Origin: a virus
Lineage: Duplodnaviria; Caudoviricetes
Length of the DNA: 25,737 bases
IMG/VR virus record: IMGVR_UViG_3300031631_000019
Location: 1 to 25,737 of that record
Reading direction: 5' to 3' (one strand)
Made by a program: the position numbers and the translations under genes. This document shows positions 1 to 9,036 of this stretch, in pieces; within the stretch, counting starts at the first letter, position 1; each line of letters begins with the position of its first letter. The notes under the pieces are model-generated. The model made no database searches and was not told the origin of the DNA. It saw only the letters and a list, made by a program, of their open reading frames with translations.

Positions 1-700
1 CCACTAGTGTACCATCTACCATACCTCCAAGTCCTGGTATAGTTAGAGTGTTGGCTGAGGCTCTGCTGAACAGTTCGCTCTGATCTAGGTATGACGATGA
101 TTGGTACACAACACCTGAGGCCAGCTTAGCAGCCGTTACGTTAGCATCCAGTATCTTAACAGTAGTAACCGCATCGGAAGCTAATTTAGCAGCACTAATA
201 GCACCATCAGCTACAGTCCCTTGGTCAACAACTTGGAACGTAGTGATCTCCACCTCAAGGACTCCAATAGGGATAGCCGAGGTGAATGTGACAGTAGTGC
301 TTGAGACACTGAAGGTGCTTCTGTGCTGCTGTACGCCATCAAAAGAAACCATGAGAGAGTTCTCGCTGGCTACCGAATTGCTTATAGTAAGTGCAGTAGT
401 AGTACCAGCGGTATAATCCGTAACGGTTACGTATGTGTCGATAGCCACGTTAGATAGAGGAGTACCACCGATCTCGGAGACAATCTTCCAGCCAACAGTA
501 GCATCGGTGTACACCAGTATCATACCAGCGCCATCAACGTCTATAATAAGGTCAGCCGCAGCACTCTCGATGTTAACACTATTTCTGCCCAGAGTTATCG
601 TATTAGTCGTAGCCTTGTTGTAGAAGTCACTGATACCAACAGTATCACCTTCTGATGGTGTAGCTGGCAGAGTCACAGTGACATTGCCACTAGAGGCGTT
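1..700 (-). CDS. C-terminal continuation of the tail fibre protein in the +1 frame (partial, runs off the window)
   Basis: Not in the ORF track. I translated it by hand: 233 open codons from 700 to the window edge, NASSGNVTVTLPATPSEGDTVGISDF...LGRNSVNIESAAADLIIDVDGAGMILVYTDATVGW (T4 gp34-like proximal fibre repeat), then VSFDGVQQ...TVTFTSAIP and DGAISAAKLASDAVTTVKILDANVTAAKLA fibre repeats. It has no start of its own at the break, and the repeat begins in the upstream ORF (VSGAGYL). Confidence 0.85.
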
Positions 701-1784
701 CTAAGTATCCAGCACCGCTTACAGCCGTCACACCTATTGCTGTTACTTCCCAAGATACTCCGCCACCTCCTATTGATCCCCACTCAACGCCGTCGTGCCC
801 CTCGAATGTCGAGTCATCAGTATTGAAGCGCATATACCCTGATAGGGGCGAACCATCCCGCTCCAAGGCTGTCCCCTTTGGCATGACCGCCGATCCGGTG
901 GCGCTCGTCTTGGCGACAAGCCCTGTCAAGACTAGATCGTCCAGCTTCTGCGCTACTTCCTGAACAGTATCATCAGTAGTCGTGAGGACGCCATTGAACC
1001 CCGAGGCATCTAGCGTCAAAGCCCCGGCGGCTGTTTGGTCTCCGGTATTAGTTCCAGAAGTATTGCCAATAACCACAGCCTGGGCGTCAGTAACATAGTT
1101 GTCATCTGCCCCAAGAACAGCGGCTACCGTGACCCCGATGTCCGCGTCTTTCAGGATTGTTGCATCAGCTACTTCATTTCGTGAGTCTCTCGTTGCCGGC
1201 ACTGGATGGGATGTCACATGGGACTGAGCTGCTACCGTGACCCCGATGTCCGCGTCTTTCAGGATTGTTGCATCAGCTACTTCATTTCGTGAGTCTCTCG
1301 TTGCCGGCACTGGATGGGATGTCACATGGGACTGAGCTGCTACCGTGACCCCGATGTCCGCGTCAACGACTATTGTCGCGTCATAAGCCTGTACGTTAAC
1401 CCCGATGTCAGCGTCTACTAAAACATCAGCATGAGACGTTTCAGATTGTAGTGCTGTCCCTATGAGTATCGCCTCAGCGTCAGTAACATAGTTCTTGTCT
1501 GTGACTTCTGTGACATTCGCATTCGTTATGGTAGGGGTTGCAGTAAACTCTACTGCGGTTGCTCCGGCGTTAACCGCAAGAACCTTGTTCCCTGCTGCAG
1601 TGAAGGCGCTAGGGGTGTCGGTCAGACCTAATATAGTCGAGACCCCAAGGTCTCTTATATACTGCAGCTCAACCTGTTTGCTCGTCCCTGCGGCGCTTGA
1701 GGTGATATCTGATACGTCAACAACGTGTATAACGTCATCAACTGCTGGGGTAGTTAACGCAGCTTTGTCTGTTATTTTAGCCAC
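690..1784 (-). CDS. Tail fibre protein, N-terminal part (ends at a frame break)
   Basis: A/T/V/D-rich repetitive protein with DADIGV repeats and a PKGTALER...GYMRFNTDDSTFEGHDGVEWGSIGGG motif typical of phage fibres. GTG start behind an AGAGGA RBS. Confidence 0.8.
   Translation of the reverse strand: MAKITDKAALTTPAVDDVIHVVDVSDITSSAAGTSKQVELQYIRDLGVSTILGLTDTPSAFTAAGNKVLAVNAGATAVEFTATPTITNANVTEVTDKNYVTDAEAILIGTALQSETSHADVLVDADIGVNVQAYDATIVVDADIGVTVAAQSHVTSHPVPATRDSRNEVADATILKDADIGVTVAAQSHVTSHPVPATRDSRNEVADATILKDADIGVTVAAVLGADDNYVTDAQAVVIGNTSGTNTGDQTAAGALTLDASGFNGVLTTTDDTVQEVAQKLDDLVLTGLVAKTSATGSAVMPKGTALERDGSPLSGYMRFNTDDSTFEGHDGVEWGSIGGGGVSWEVTAIGVTAVSGAGYLERL
1123..1364. repeat. Perfect 108-bp in-frame tandem repeat (2.2 copies) in the tail fibre gene
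   Basis: 1123-1230 is identical to 1231-1338, followed by a 26-nt partial copy. The unit encodes DADIGVTVAAQSHVTSHPVPATRDSRNEVADATILK. Confidence 0.95.
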
Positions 1785-1795
1785 TCTATTCCTCT

Positions 1796-2062
1796 TTAAT
1801 TAAAGTATAAATACGCCCCATCCTGGGACTGCACGTTGCCTCCGTCCATGAAGGAGTAGTCCCGTCCAGGGTATGATATCCCTCTTATCTCAACGAGCGC
1901 CTCATCGTGATTGGCAATTAGAGCGGAAATCCTATCTAGCTCCTCCAATAAATACCGGGTCTGCTCTGGGGTAAAAATCCCTTCAGACAGTATCCCTCTT
2001 GTATATCTACCTCCGCTATCACTAACTCTTACCGTTTTCACCAGAGGCCTCCATCTTCCCAC
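1796..2062 (-). CDS. Hypothetical virion-module protein (88 aa, start uncertain)
   Basis: Fills the gap between the tail tube gene and the fibre gene and has a coiled-coil-like core (YLLEELDRISALI). Confidence 0.6.
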   Translation of the reverse strand: MGRWRPLVKTVRVSDSGGRYTRGILSEGIFTPEQTRYLLEELDRISALIANHDEALVEIRGISYPGRDYSFMDGGNVQSQDGAYLYFN

Positions 2063-3594
2063 TCAATGTCAAAAGAGTCTAATTGCCACGTATATGCCGA
2101 ATTATCGTTCTCTATTTTTATGGCCATATATCTCCGGTCAACCAGCATATCAGCCCTCAAGGTCGTCCCGATAGTGTATTCAAATACTGTGTCGTAGACC
2201 GGGGTAGCGTAGGCATCGTCATCTGTCCCACCAATATGGATCTTTATAGTCGCTCCGTTAGTCCCTGATATGCGGGGCCGTATGCCTTTTATGAGCGTCC
2301 TACGCTCTGCTGCTCCGAAGGTGAGTCCGGTCCTCTCAAGATACGAGTTAGTTGGTGAACCGTCGCCCCCTGCGTCCGCCAGGTGGAGTTCATCACTTGC
2401 TGCAGCCATCATGACTCTAGTCTTGCCTGGGACATTGGCCGCTTCATTCCATTTAGTGGTATCAGTGTCCCACGCCTCACTGTCATCGCTCCAAGGGTCA
2501 GTTATGGCCTCGTCTATGGCTCCGTAAGCCCCGTGGTAAATGCCTGGCAGATCTTTAAGGGCTATCGTTTTATCTCGGTAGTTCCAGACTACGGCCTTAT
2601 CGCAAGAGGTATTTCCTACCGAAGGGTAGCAGACCCATATCTCATTAAAGAAAGGATTTTTCAGTACGAAAGCTACATTCCTGGCGTCAGAGTCTATACC
2701 GCTGAAAATGTCTCTCCTTACCTGTTTATCGAGGATTGGTAAAGCTGTGTTGCCGTCGTGAACCAGCATATCCGAGTCAGTGAGTACGAAATGGTACCCA
2801 TCAAATTCGACTACGCAGTTGCGGTTCATTATGCCTGAGGTGCCCAGCATCTTTTTGAAAGAGAATACGAAGGCCCCTCCGATGTACGTCATTACCCAGA
2901 TTGACCCTTCCCGGTAAATTATGAAAGAGTCCCGCAAGGTCAGCCCGTCTATGATGTGCCCGGCTCCTTCAGCGAGATCAGTCTGCCCAGCATCCACCGT
3001 TTCGTCTGTCTCGTCCCACGAGGTAGGCACTGCGCCCGGAACCGCTGGGTGAGACCACTTAACCATATACGGGTAGTTCGTCCCACTTATCGTGACATCC
3101 ATAGCGACGAGGAACTGCTTATAGACCCTCATTGCTTTACAGGTAGTCGCTGCGGGCCAATTGGAGAGGTCTGCAAAGTTGGTGAGTACATCGGTGTCCC
3201 ACTGCTGCGGGTCATCGGTACCATTGTTTAAGATCGGAATACCGCCTAAAACGCCGCCCGTCCATGAGTTAGGCGTTCCAGTATACGCTGCGCCCGAGAG
3301 GTCTGTGTGCGTGATTGTAGGGTTCTTGGCCACAACAGAGATAGTTGCCTCCCCTGCATAGATCCAGTGAACATAGCCCCCGATTGTCAGAGGCATAAGA
3401 AAGTAGGGAGTGGTTGAGGGGGAGTCATACACGGTATTGTAGCCGTAGAACTGCGTAGCATAGCCGTCTAAGAACCTCATATTGCTGGCATCAGACCAGG
3501 TGAAGTCCGGTACATCTCCTTCCGGGAGCTTCACAGGAGAGATGTCCTTGTTAACCCCTCTCGCCCCCGCTGCGACTACTCTTGTCATTGGCAT
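2038..3594 (-). CDS. Tail tubular protein B / P22 gp10-like stabilisation (hub) protein
   Basis: 518-aa beta-rich protein (GVNKDISP...WSDASNMRF, VKWS, EIWVCYP...AVVWNY) in the podovirus tail-hub position. Confidence 0.7.
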   Translation of the reverse strand: MPMTRVVAAGARGVNKDISPVKLPEGDVPDFTWSDASNMRFLDGYATQFYGYNTVYDSPSTTPYFLMPLTIGGYVHWIYAGEATISVVAKNPTITHTDLSGAAYTGTPNSWTGGVLGGIPILNNGTDDPQQWDTDVLTNFADLSNWPAATTCKAMRVYKQFLVAMDVTISGTNYPYMVKWSHPAVPGAVPTSWDETDETVDAGQTDLAEGAGHIIDGLTLRDSFIIYREGSIWVMTYIGGAFVFSFKKMLGTSGIMNRNCVVEFDGYHFVLTDSDMLVHDGNTALPILDKQVRRDIFSGIDSDARNVAFVLKNPFFNEIWVCYPSVGNTSCDKAVVWNYRDKTIALKDLPGIYHGAYGAIDEAITDPWSDDSEAWDTDTTKWNEAANVPGKTRVMMAAASDELHLADAGGDGSPTNSYLERTGLTFGAAERRTLIKGIRPRISGTNGATIKIHIGGTDDDAYATPVYDTVFEYTIGTTLRADMLVDRRYMAIKIENDNSAYTWQLDSFDIEWEDGGLW

Positions 3595-3597
3595 ACA

Positions 3598-4179
3598 TCA
3601 CACCCAGTGTACGTCTGCTGTTACGTCTAAGTCCTTCAGCTCCTGTAGAGTCCTGATAGAGTCCTCTATATAAAGCTCAAGCTCATCGTTCTTTGTGTCG
3701 AGCAGATCAAGCACGTCATCAAGCACGTCTCTTGCATCAAGGTAATCGATGTCTTTCTGTGGTGCTGCGCCTTTTGACTCTTTGCGTAGCGCTTTGAGTT
3801 GTTTGGAGTTGGCTCTACCCAGCGCTATTGTGTCACTTGTGCCGTTAGCCAAACCTACTCGCCTGGTGTACTCTGCTGCCCGTTCGCCATTACGTAAGCT
3901 GTCAGCTAACTCAATTGACTCAATCTGAGTTAATCCGTGATAGCGGTCAGCTAACTTCGCGTCTATCTCTGCCTTTGTCAGGTCCCACAGGTCAAGTGTC
4001 GGCTGGTACGGTGTAAGGTCGGTAAACTCCGTATTGAACCCGTCAGCCCACTCCTCATGCCCTTTATTGCCTGACCACTGTACTGCATGGAGGTTAGCCG
4101 GCAACGAACTGAGATCTATTTTGAGGAAAAGGCCCCCAACACCGACAACACCATCTGGTTTAATTATCGTGAATTTCAT
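3598..4179 (-). CDS. Tail-fibre-associated protein (assembly chaperone-like)
   Basis: Directly follows the fibre gene. N-terminal TIIKPDGVV...HAVQW..KGHEEW motif and C-terminal ELKDLDV..W end resemble fibre-adjacent proteins. Confidence 0.55.
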   Translation of the reverse strand: MKFTIIKPDGVVGVGGLFLKIDLSSLPANLHAVQWSGNKGHEEWADGFNTEFTDLTPYQPTLDLWDLTKAEIDAKLADRYHGLTQIESIELADSLRNGERAAEYTRRVGLANGTSDTIALGRANSKQLKALRKESKGAAPQKDIDYLDARDVLDDVLDLLDTKNDELELYIEDSIRTLQELKDLDVTADVHWV

Positions 4180-4412
4180 TATGCCCTCTGTATTGGTTGA
4201 CCTACCTCTTTGCCCATCTGGTGCGTTATGATAGCCTGTCGCTCTGGTGGAAATATAACTTCAGCATTAAGGCTAATATAGTGGAGTGAGTCATCTTCGC
4301 AATGAAACACCCACCAGTATTTTTCTTTAGCCTCGGTTGCTTTAACCTTCTTGACTTTTCTCCAGAAGGTTTGGCCAGGCTGTCTATACTTAACTGTATA
4401 TACCTCTATCAT
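4179..4412 (-). CDS. Hypothetical protein (77 aa)
   Basis: Coupled by TAATG stop/start overlaps to both neighbours. Confidence 0.75.
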   Translation of the reverse strand: MIEVYTVKYRQPGQTFWRKVKKVKATEAKEKYWWVFHCEDDSLHYISLNAEVIFPPERQAIITHQMGKEVGQPIQRA

Positions 4413-5464
4413 TACACTGCCTTCATTATGTAATGGCAGGGCAAAAATTTCGGCCTATTCTCTGCCTCAGACGCTGCTCCGGTAGCGGCGGTCCCAGAGG
4501 CTCCGGTAGCTCCTGTTCCTGCTGCCGTACTCGTAGTATTTGGTGGATTAACTGAGTGAAGATGAGGACTACCACTGCCTGTTGAGCTTGTCGCCTGAAG
4601 GTTCCGAGGATAGTCAGTAACCCCCCCGGAAGCTCTGGATGAAGTGGCCCCCGAGTGCGCATAAGAAGTGTGTGTATGCGCAGCCAACATAGCGATAGAC
4701 AGGGTTGCCCCTACACTATTAAAAGCTGCTATATTCACACTATGAGTATGGCTAGGTCCGGTATGCGTATGGCTCGGTCCGGTGTGGGCGTGCGCCATAG
4801 CGTTATCACCACCGATAGCCCCAACAGCCGTGTCACCCATAAGGAACCGATCATCGGTTAAGTTTGGCAAATACCTGGCCGCCCCGTTAAAGATAGAGCT
4901 GTCTGCACTATTGAGTGCCGCGCCATTACAGACATAAAACCCGCTGGAGTTGAGCAGAGTGTTAATCGCTGAAGCAGAGTTCCCGATCACACTGGTAAAA
5001 CTGGCATTCGCTGTATTAGAGAAATACCCGCCTATAAACGCCATCACAGCGCCGGTAGGGACGGTTGTCAGCGCGGCAAGCGCCGCATCGACCTCTGTCT
5101 CAGTATATACATCAGCCCAGGATACTGAAGTGCCGTCGTTGGTTATGAATTTTCCTGAAGTGCCAGAAGCCACCGGCGGGTATATCGCTGCAACAGTAGT
5201 CGCATCGACATAAGCTGTAGTAGCTATTTGAGTACTGTCGTTGCCAAGAGTCGCCGTGGGCGCTGTAGGGACTCCGGTAAGCGGAGTACTCACCCCACTA
5301 AGTTGGCCGTGGGTAAGAGTCGCCGCCCCAGTTACATTGGGGAAAGACGCTTTTATCGTAGCCTTTAGCAGCCTGATATGATCATCACCTTGAGATTTAA
5401 GATCCCCAGAGGTGGGATTGGTCGCTACCAGATCGTCTATATATGTTCCTGTTTCAAGTCCCAT
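4412..5464 (-). CDS. Tail fibre protein with tail-collar-like domain and HxH metal-binding repeats
   Basis: N-terminal MGLETGTYIDDLVATNP...SQGDDHIRLLK anchor, PLTGVPTAPT...TQIATTAYV repeat, collar-like VPTGAVMAF...VCNG...LPNLTDDRF, HAH/HTH/HLH motifs, and ENRPKF...YIMK C-terminus. Confidence 0.85.
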   Translation of the reverse strand: MGLETGTYIDDLVATNPTSGDLKSQGDDHIRLLKATIKASFPNVTGAATLTHGQLSGVSTPLTGVPTAPTATLGNDSTQIATTAYVDATTVAAIYPPVASGTSGKFITNDGTSVSWADVYTETEVDAALAALTTVPTGAVMAFIGGYFSNTANASFTSVIGNSASAINTLLNSSGFYVCNGAALNSADSSIFNGAARYLPNLTDDRFLMGDTAVGAIGGDNAMAHAHTGPSHTHTGPSHTHSVNIAAFNSVGATLSIAMLAAHTHTSYAHSGATSSRASGGVTDYPRNLQATSSTGSGSPHLHSVNPPNTTSTAAGTGATGASGTAATGAASEAENRPKFLPCHYIMKAV

Positions 5465-5477
5465 CTCTATCGCTCCA

Positions 5478-6110
5478 TTAAGGCGTATCAGCCATTGGGT
5501 TGCTTATAACTTTTGATGAATCAGACCATCGAGCTTCAAAATCCGCATCGGTTATCCGCTGTATTTCCCCTTCATACAGCCCTTTCCAAATCCCTATCCG
5601 CTTATCTGACACAATGTAGGGTGTCGCCTCCAGCATCGTTGCATAGAGGTAGGCGTTGGGGAAAGCTGTCAAAACGACATCAGTGTCGCCAGAAGCAGAG
5701 AGTGCGGTTAGTTTTTTCCGGTAAATGCAGTTCAGAGTCAAATCTTCTTCCGGGACGGGGGCGAGTTCCGCTGTAGTTGTGTTTATGATAGCGTAGTACT
5801 TAGGCACCCCTTCTGCCCCGTTTCTGTTCTCAATAACCGACGCATTCTTCTCAAGAGTCTGCTGGATAAGAGACCGATAACTGCTGTTATAGGGTACCCT
5901 GATCCTTACGAAATGCAGAAACCCTGTCGGTAAGGTGATATTCGCTGTTGAGTCATAAGCCTGAATAGTAGTAGTCGTATCGAGGATAACGTGTTTAATG
6001 TCGTGGTTCAATCTGGCTTGAGCCAATAAAATGAAACTAGGGATAAGGGTCTCAAGATCCGACCTATGCAGATACCCAGTTAGCAGTGATTTCAACTCGC
6101 CATAAGTCAT
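5478..6110 (-). CDS. Head-to-tail adaptor / tail tubular protein A
   Basis: MTYGELK...YLHRSDL...IPSFILLAQARLN and PNAYLYATMLEATPY motifs, located between the capsid and fibre genes. Confidence 0.75.
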   Translation of the reverse strand: MTYGELKSLLTGYLHRSDLETLIPSFILLAQARLNHDIKHVILDTTTTIQAYDSTANITLPTGFLHFVRIRVPYNSSYRSLIQQTLEKNASVIENRNGAEGVPKYYAIINTTTAELAPVPEEDLTLNCIYRKKLTALSASGDTDVVLTAFPNAYLYATMLEATPYIVSDKRIGIWKGLYEGEIQRITDADFEARWSDSSKVISNPMADTP

Positions 6111-6112
6111 GA

Positions 6113-6448
6113 TTAAAGTCTCCCGTGAGCAGTTCGCAGTTTGCGGTAGTCAGGATCATTCAGTATCTTGTGTAGATCTTTAGTAGAACAGGTAAGGAGG
6201 TTTATCCCCTTTTCTTTCAGCAGCTTATCCACAAGTATACTGGGGATAGATGCAACTTTAGTGCCAAGTCCTTCGCCCTCACTGAGCTTAGACGCCTTGG
6301 AGCTTTTTGAGTTGAGTATCGCCTGGTTATGCCTGATGACAGGCTCAACATCCTGAACACCACGGACAGTCAGCCTGCCATCGCTATGCGAGAGGTACTG
6401 AGTCGTGATCCCGGAAACAGGGTTATGGTCTTCTGCTATCAGTTTCAT
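6113..6448 (-). CDS. Conserved hypothetical head-module protein (111 aa)
   Basis: QDVEPVI...KVASIP...LNDPDYRKLRT motif, commonly seen downstream of this capsid type. ATGA overlap with the upstream gene. Confidence 0.75.
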   Translation of the reverse strand: MKLIAEDHNPVSGITTQYLSHSDGRLTVRGVQDVEPVIRHNQAILNSKSSKASKLSEGEGLGTKVASIPSILVDKLLKEKGINLLTCSTKDLHKILNDPDYRKLRTAHGRL

Positions 6449-6642
6449 GACAGTATCTTCTCCGAGGCTTTAAGTGCTTCGTCGGTGGCTATCCCTGCTT
6501 GAATGGCCAGGTTGAGCCTACGGAGCTTCTTATTGAGCATCTCCTCCGTCGCGGCCTTAGTCTTGTTGTCCTTGGCTCGGTTCTTGGCTCTCGCTTCGAG
6601 AATCGGTAGCCTCATCTTCTGTAGTTCAGTTAGCTTCATCAT
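6445..6642 (-). CDS. Hypothetical basic helical protein (65 aa)
   Basis: AGGAG RBS just upstream and an ATGA overlap with the next gene. Confidence 0.65.
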   Translation of the reverse strand: MMKLTELQKMRLPILEARAKNRAKDNKTKAATEEMLNKKLRRLNLAIQAGIATDEALKASEKILS

Positions 6643-6655
6643 TCACTCCTGAAGA

Positions 6656-6681
6656 GGGTACTGAGTTTTACCTCAGTACCC
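6656..6681 (-). terminator. Stem-loop after the major capsid gene (weak terminator or stabiliser)
   Basis: Perfect 10-bp stem GGGTACTGAG/CTCAGTACCC about 20 nt after the capsid stop. The U-tract is poor (TCTTC), so read-through is likely. Confidence 0.55.
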
Positions 6682-6702
6682 CACTTGTCGGGTTGACAGG
6701 CC

Positions 6703-7671
6703 CTAGGTAGTGAGATCACCGATAAGGCAATGCGCCTTCTCGTTTCCGACCTCAAGAGTCCATTCCCAGATGATCTGCTTCTTGACTGCATCCCCCGCCC
6801 GAGCAACGTCAAAAGAGCGAGCCGACCGAAGTTCGGCAATCTTCAAGTACTCAGGGTTAATAAGGAATGTGGTGTTCGCCAAACATTTACGATCTGCAAT
6901 GATCTCAACAGTGTGGAAATCACCAACATAAACGTCAATAGTGTTGACTAACTGCTTGTTGTCTGTGCTGGCATTTCTTGCATCAGCGCCAGTAAAGCCC
7001 GAAATAGCAACTTTAGAGGATGAAGTAGTGACACATTTAAGCGTGTCGCCACTGTCACTGTTGTCATACACGCTCTGTAGAGCAGCCTGAAAGATGGTCT
7101 CTGTAAGCGCCCGGTTAGTCCCAGCGAAATCAGAAACATCAGCGCCGTTTCCAGCAACTGCAGAGGACCCTGTGGCTGCAAACTGATTATTCGTGACAGT
7201 ATATGAGTCCAAAGACCCCATTGTTCTCGCTACAGTAGTACTACCTGCTGCTTTAGCGAGAGACTGTCCGACGATGGCAAATTCTGCATCGTTTTTGATG
7301 GCCTTCATCCTGCGAGCAAGTTGGAACGCCATCTCAGATTTAATACCACCTCCTTTCAGTACTTTTTCCTGGGTGCCGGAGACCGTAGCATTTTTGGTCA
7401 TGATCTGAGTATAGTTACCCAGACGAGAACGATCAGCAGTATTAGTCGCTGACATATCCCCACCCTCAAGAGCGGCGTTAGCTGCTGCTGCTTCGAGCGC
7501 ATCAACCAGCCATTCGTGGTTTGTGGCGGTAGCTTTAGTCTTACCGCACATGGTTACAACAGGGGTATCAGTCGGGGAGACATCAGAAAGTAGGCTACTG
7601 AGGTCTTCTCTGTTACCGCCGGTACTTATTGGCTCGTCATAGGTACTACGAGCGTATGTTGCTATTGCCAT
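6703..7671 (-). CDS. Major capsid protein (DUF5309 / SU10-like)
   Basis: GNREDLS...SPTDTP...HEWLVDAL, NYTQI...VSGTQ, YVGDF and EWTLEVGNEKAH motifs. Strong AAGGAG RBS and position after the scaffold gene. Confidence 0.9.
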   Translation of the reverse strand: MAIATYARSTYDEPISTGGNREDLSSLLSDVSPTDTPVVTMCGKTKATATNHEWLVDALEAAAANAALEGGDMSATNTADRSRLGNYTQIMTKNATVSGTQEKVLKGGGIKSEMAFQLARRMKAIKNDAEFAIVGQSLAKAAGSTTVARTMGSLDSYTVTNNQFAATGSSAVAGNGADVSDFAGTNRALTETIFQAALQSVYDNSDSGDTLKCVTTSSSKVAISGFTGADARNASTDNKQLVNTIDVYVGDFHTVEIIADRKCLANTTFLINPEYLKIAELRSARSFDVARAGDAVKKQIIWEWTLEVGNEKAHCLIGDLTT

Positions 7672-7683
7672 TTTAACTTCTCC

Positions 7684-8784
7684 TTATATGATATCTTCAA
7701 GGGCTGAAGCAATACTACGTATGCTCCCCCCTTCATTTTTGATTCGTAACCGCTTCGCCGCCACTTTCTTTTTACTGACAGCAGACTCGGTAGTTTTTGA
7801 GTTCCCTGGCTTTACAATTCTAGGCACTTTTTTAAGGCGCTTCTTGAGAGGACTGTCAGACTTGACAGCAGACCCCTTAACAGCGTCCAACATGACCCGG
7901 ATGATTCGATGATCGTTGATCTTCAACATCTCCTCATCAGTAAAACCGTACACCCGAATAGCCTCATCTTTCATCGCTGAATATTCTTTAGCCGCGACCT
8001 TTTCGTCGATCCAGGAAGGCATTACTTCATACAGCTTGTCTGTCTGCTCCTGCACGTAGTTAGCCATATGGCCCTGCGCTCGGTTGGCAGATTCCTGCTG
8101 TTGCTCCTGTATTACACGTTGTATGTTGGCTTTAATATTCGTGATAGTGGTGCCTTGATTGGCTATCTCCTGATTAACCGCAGCCCATTCATCGGGCTTC
8201 GTTGCCCGCAGTTGGTTCAACTGATCGGGGCTATATCGTGAAGTCAACTGTTGCTCCAGGTAGCTTACCAGACCAACCGCATCGGTCATCGTCTGGTTTA
8301 GCCGCGCTGTTTCAGCCGTCTTGACTCCCTGAAATTCTTTCCTTTCCACTGCGTCCGCCTGTGACTTCTTGCGGAGATGGCTCTCAAACTGATAGGAGTT
8401 GACCATATCTTTCAACGGTACGAAGGACTCCTCTTTGTCAACTTTCACCTTGAACTGGAGATCCCCTTCATCAGTGATTTTCACTCCATCCTCATCGAGG
8501 CCAAAGATGTTTACAAGCTGCTCCTCAGAGAGTTCAAGTTCGTCAGAGGTTTCTTCTTCCTCTTCCTCTTCAGGTTTCTTCTCTTCCTCAACCTCGGCCT
8601 CAGTCTCTTCTTCCTCAACCTCTGCCTTAACTTCTTCTTCTTCTTCGACAGGGGCGCGGTTTGTAGACCCATCATCGTTTAGTAAGGCTTCGAGTTGAGT
8701 CAGTACTTCCTCTTCGCTGTTTGCTTGTGGTTGCAAAGCGTCAACAGGAGAGGCTACTACTGTCTCTTCTATCCCTTCTGACAT
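7684..8784 (-). CDS. Capsid scaffolding protein
   Basis: Highly acidic N-terminus, KVKVDKEE...YQ motif, coiled coil, YGFTDEEM..I.DHR and basic C-terminus. Lies immediately upstream of the capsid gene. Confidence 0.8.
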   Translation of the reverse strand: MSEGIEETVVASPVDALQPQANSEEEVLTQLEALLNDDGSTNRAPVEEEEEVKAEVEEEETEAEVEEEKKPEEEEEEETSDELELSEEQLVNIFGLDEDGVKITDEGDLQFKVKVDKEESFVPLKDMVNSYQFESHLRKKSQADAVERKEFQGVKTAETARLNQTMTDAVGLVSYLEQQLTSRYSPDQLNQLRATKPDEWAAVNQEIANQGTTITNIKANIQRVIQEQQQESANRAQGHMANYVQEQTDKLYEVMPSWIDEKVAAKEYSAMKDEAIRVYGFTDEEMLKINDHRIIRVMLDAVKGSAVKSDSPLKKRLKKVPRIVKPGNSKTTESAVSKKKVAAKRLRIKNEGGSIRSIASALEDII

Positions 8785-8787
8785 GAT

Positions 8788-9036
8788 TTAAAACTCCTCA
8801 AGTTCAGTTTTATGTTTAACCACCGCTGCATCTTCGATGTAGCTGTGGATCTCCTCTTTGATAGTCCTCAACACCTGTAGGCCGATCATGATTCCGTCCT
8901 GTGTAGCCCTATCAGCCGGGCCGCACTCGATCTGCTCTATGAAGTTGGCCTTCACCTTATCAAAAGCGGCACTCAATACTGGGTGCTTTAAGAGGAAGTC
9001 GGCGTCCATTGCTGTAAACTCACTTTGATCAGCCAT
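8788..9036 (-). CDS. Small conserved protein between portal and scaffold (82 aa)
   Basis: Likely start at MADQ (9036) behind GAGGGG, overlapping the portal stop. Helical sequence. Confidence 0.7.
   Translation of the reverse strand: MADQSEFTAMDADFLLKHPVLSAAFDKVKANFIEQIECGPADRATQDGIMIGLQVLRTIKEEIHSYIEDAAVVKHKTELEEF

Noticed and set aside
1084-1493. Diversity-generating retroelement template/variable repeats in the fibre gene
   Set aside because: The repeats are tandem and identical, without adenine-specific mismatches, and no reverse transcriptase is in the window.
8377-8698. Ser-rich and Phe/Leu-rich plus-strand ORFs, and the other antisense or nested ORFs in the track
   Set aside because: They are shadows of real genes (here the Glu-rich scaffold), lack an RBS and conflict with the clear two-arm strand organisation.
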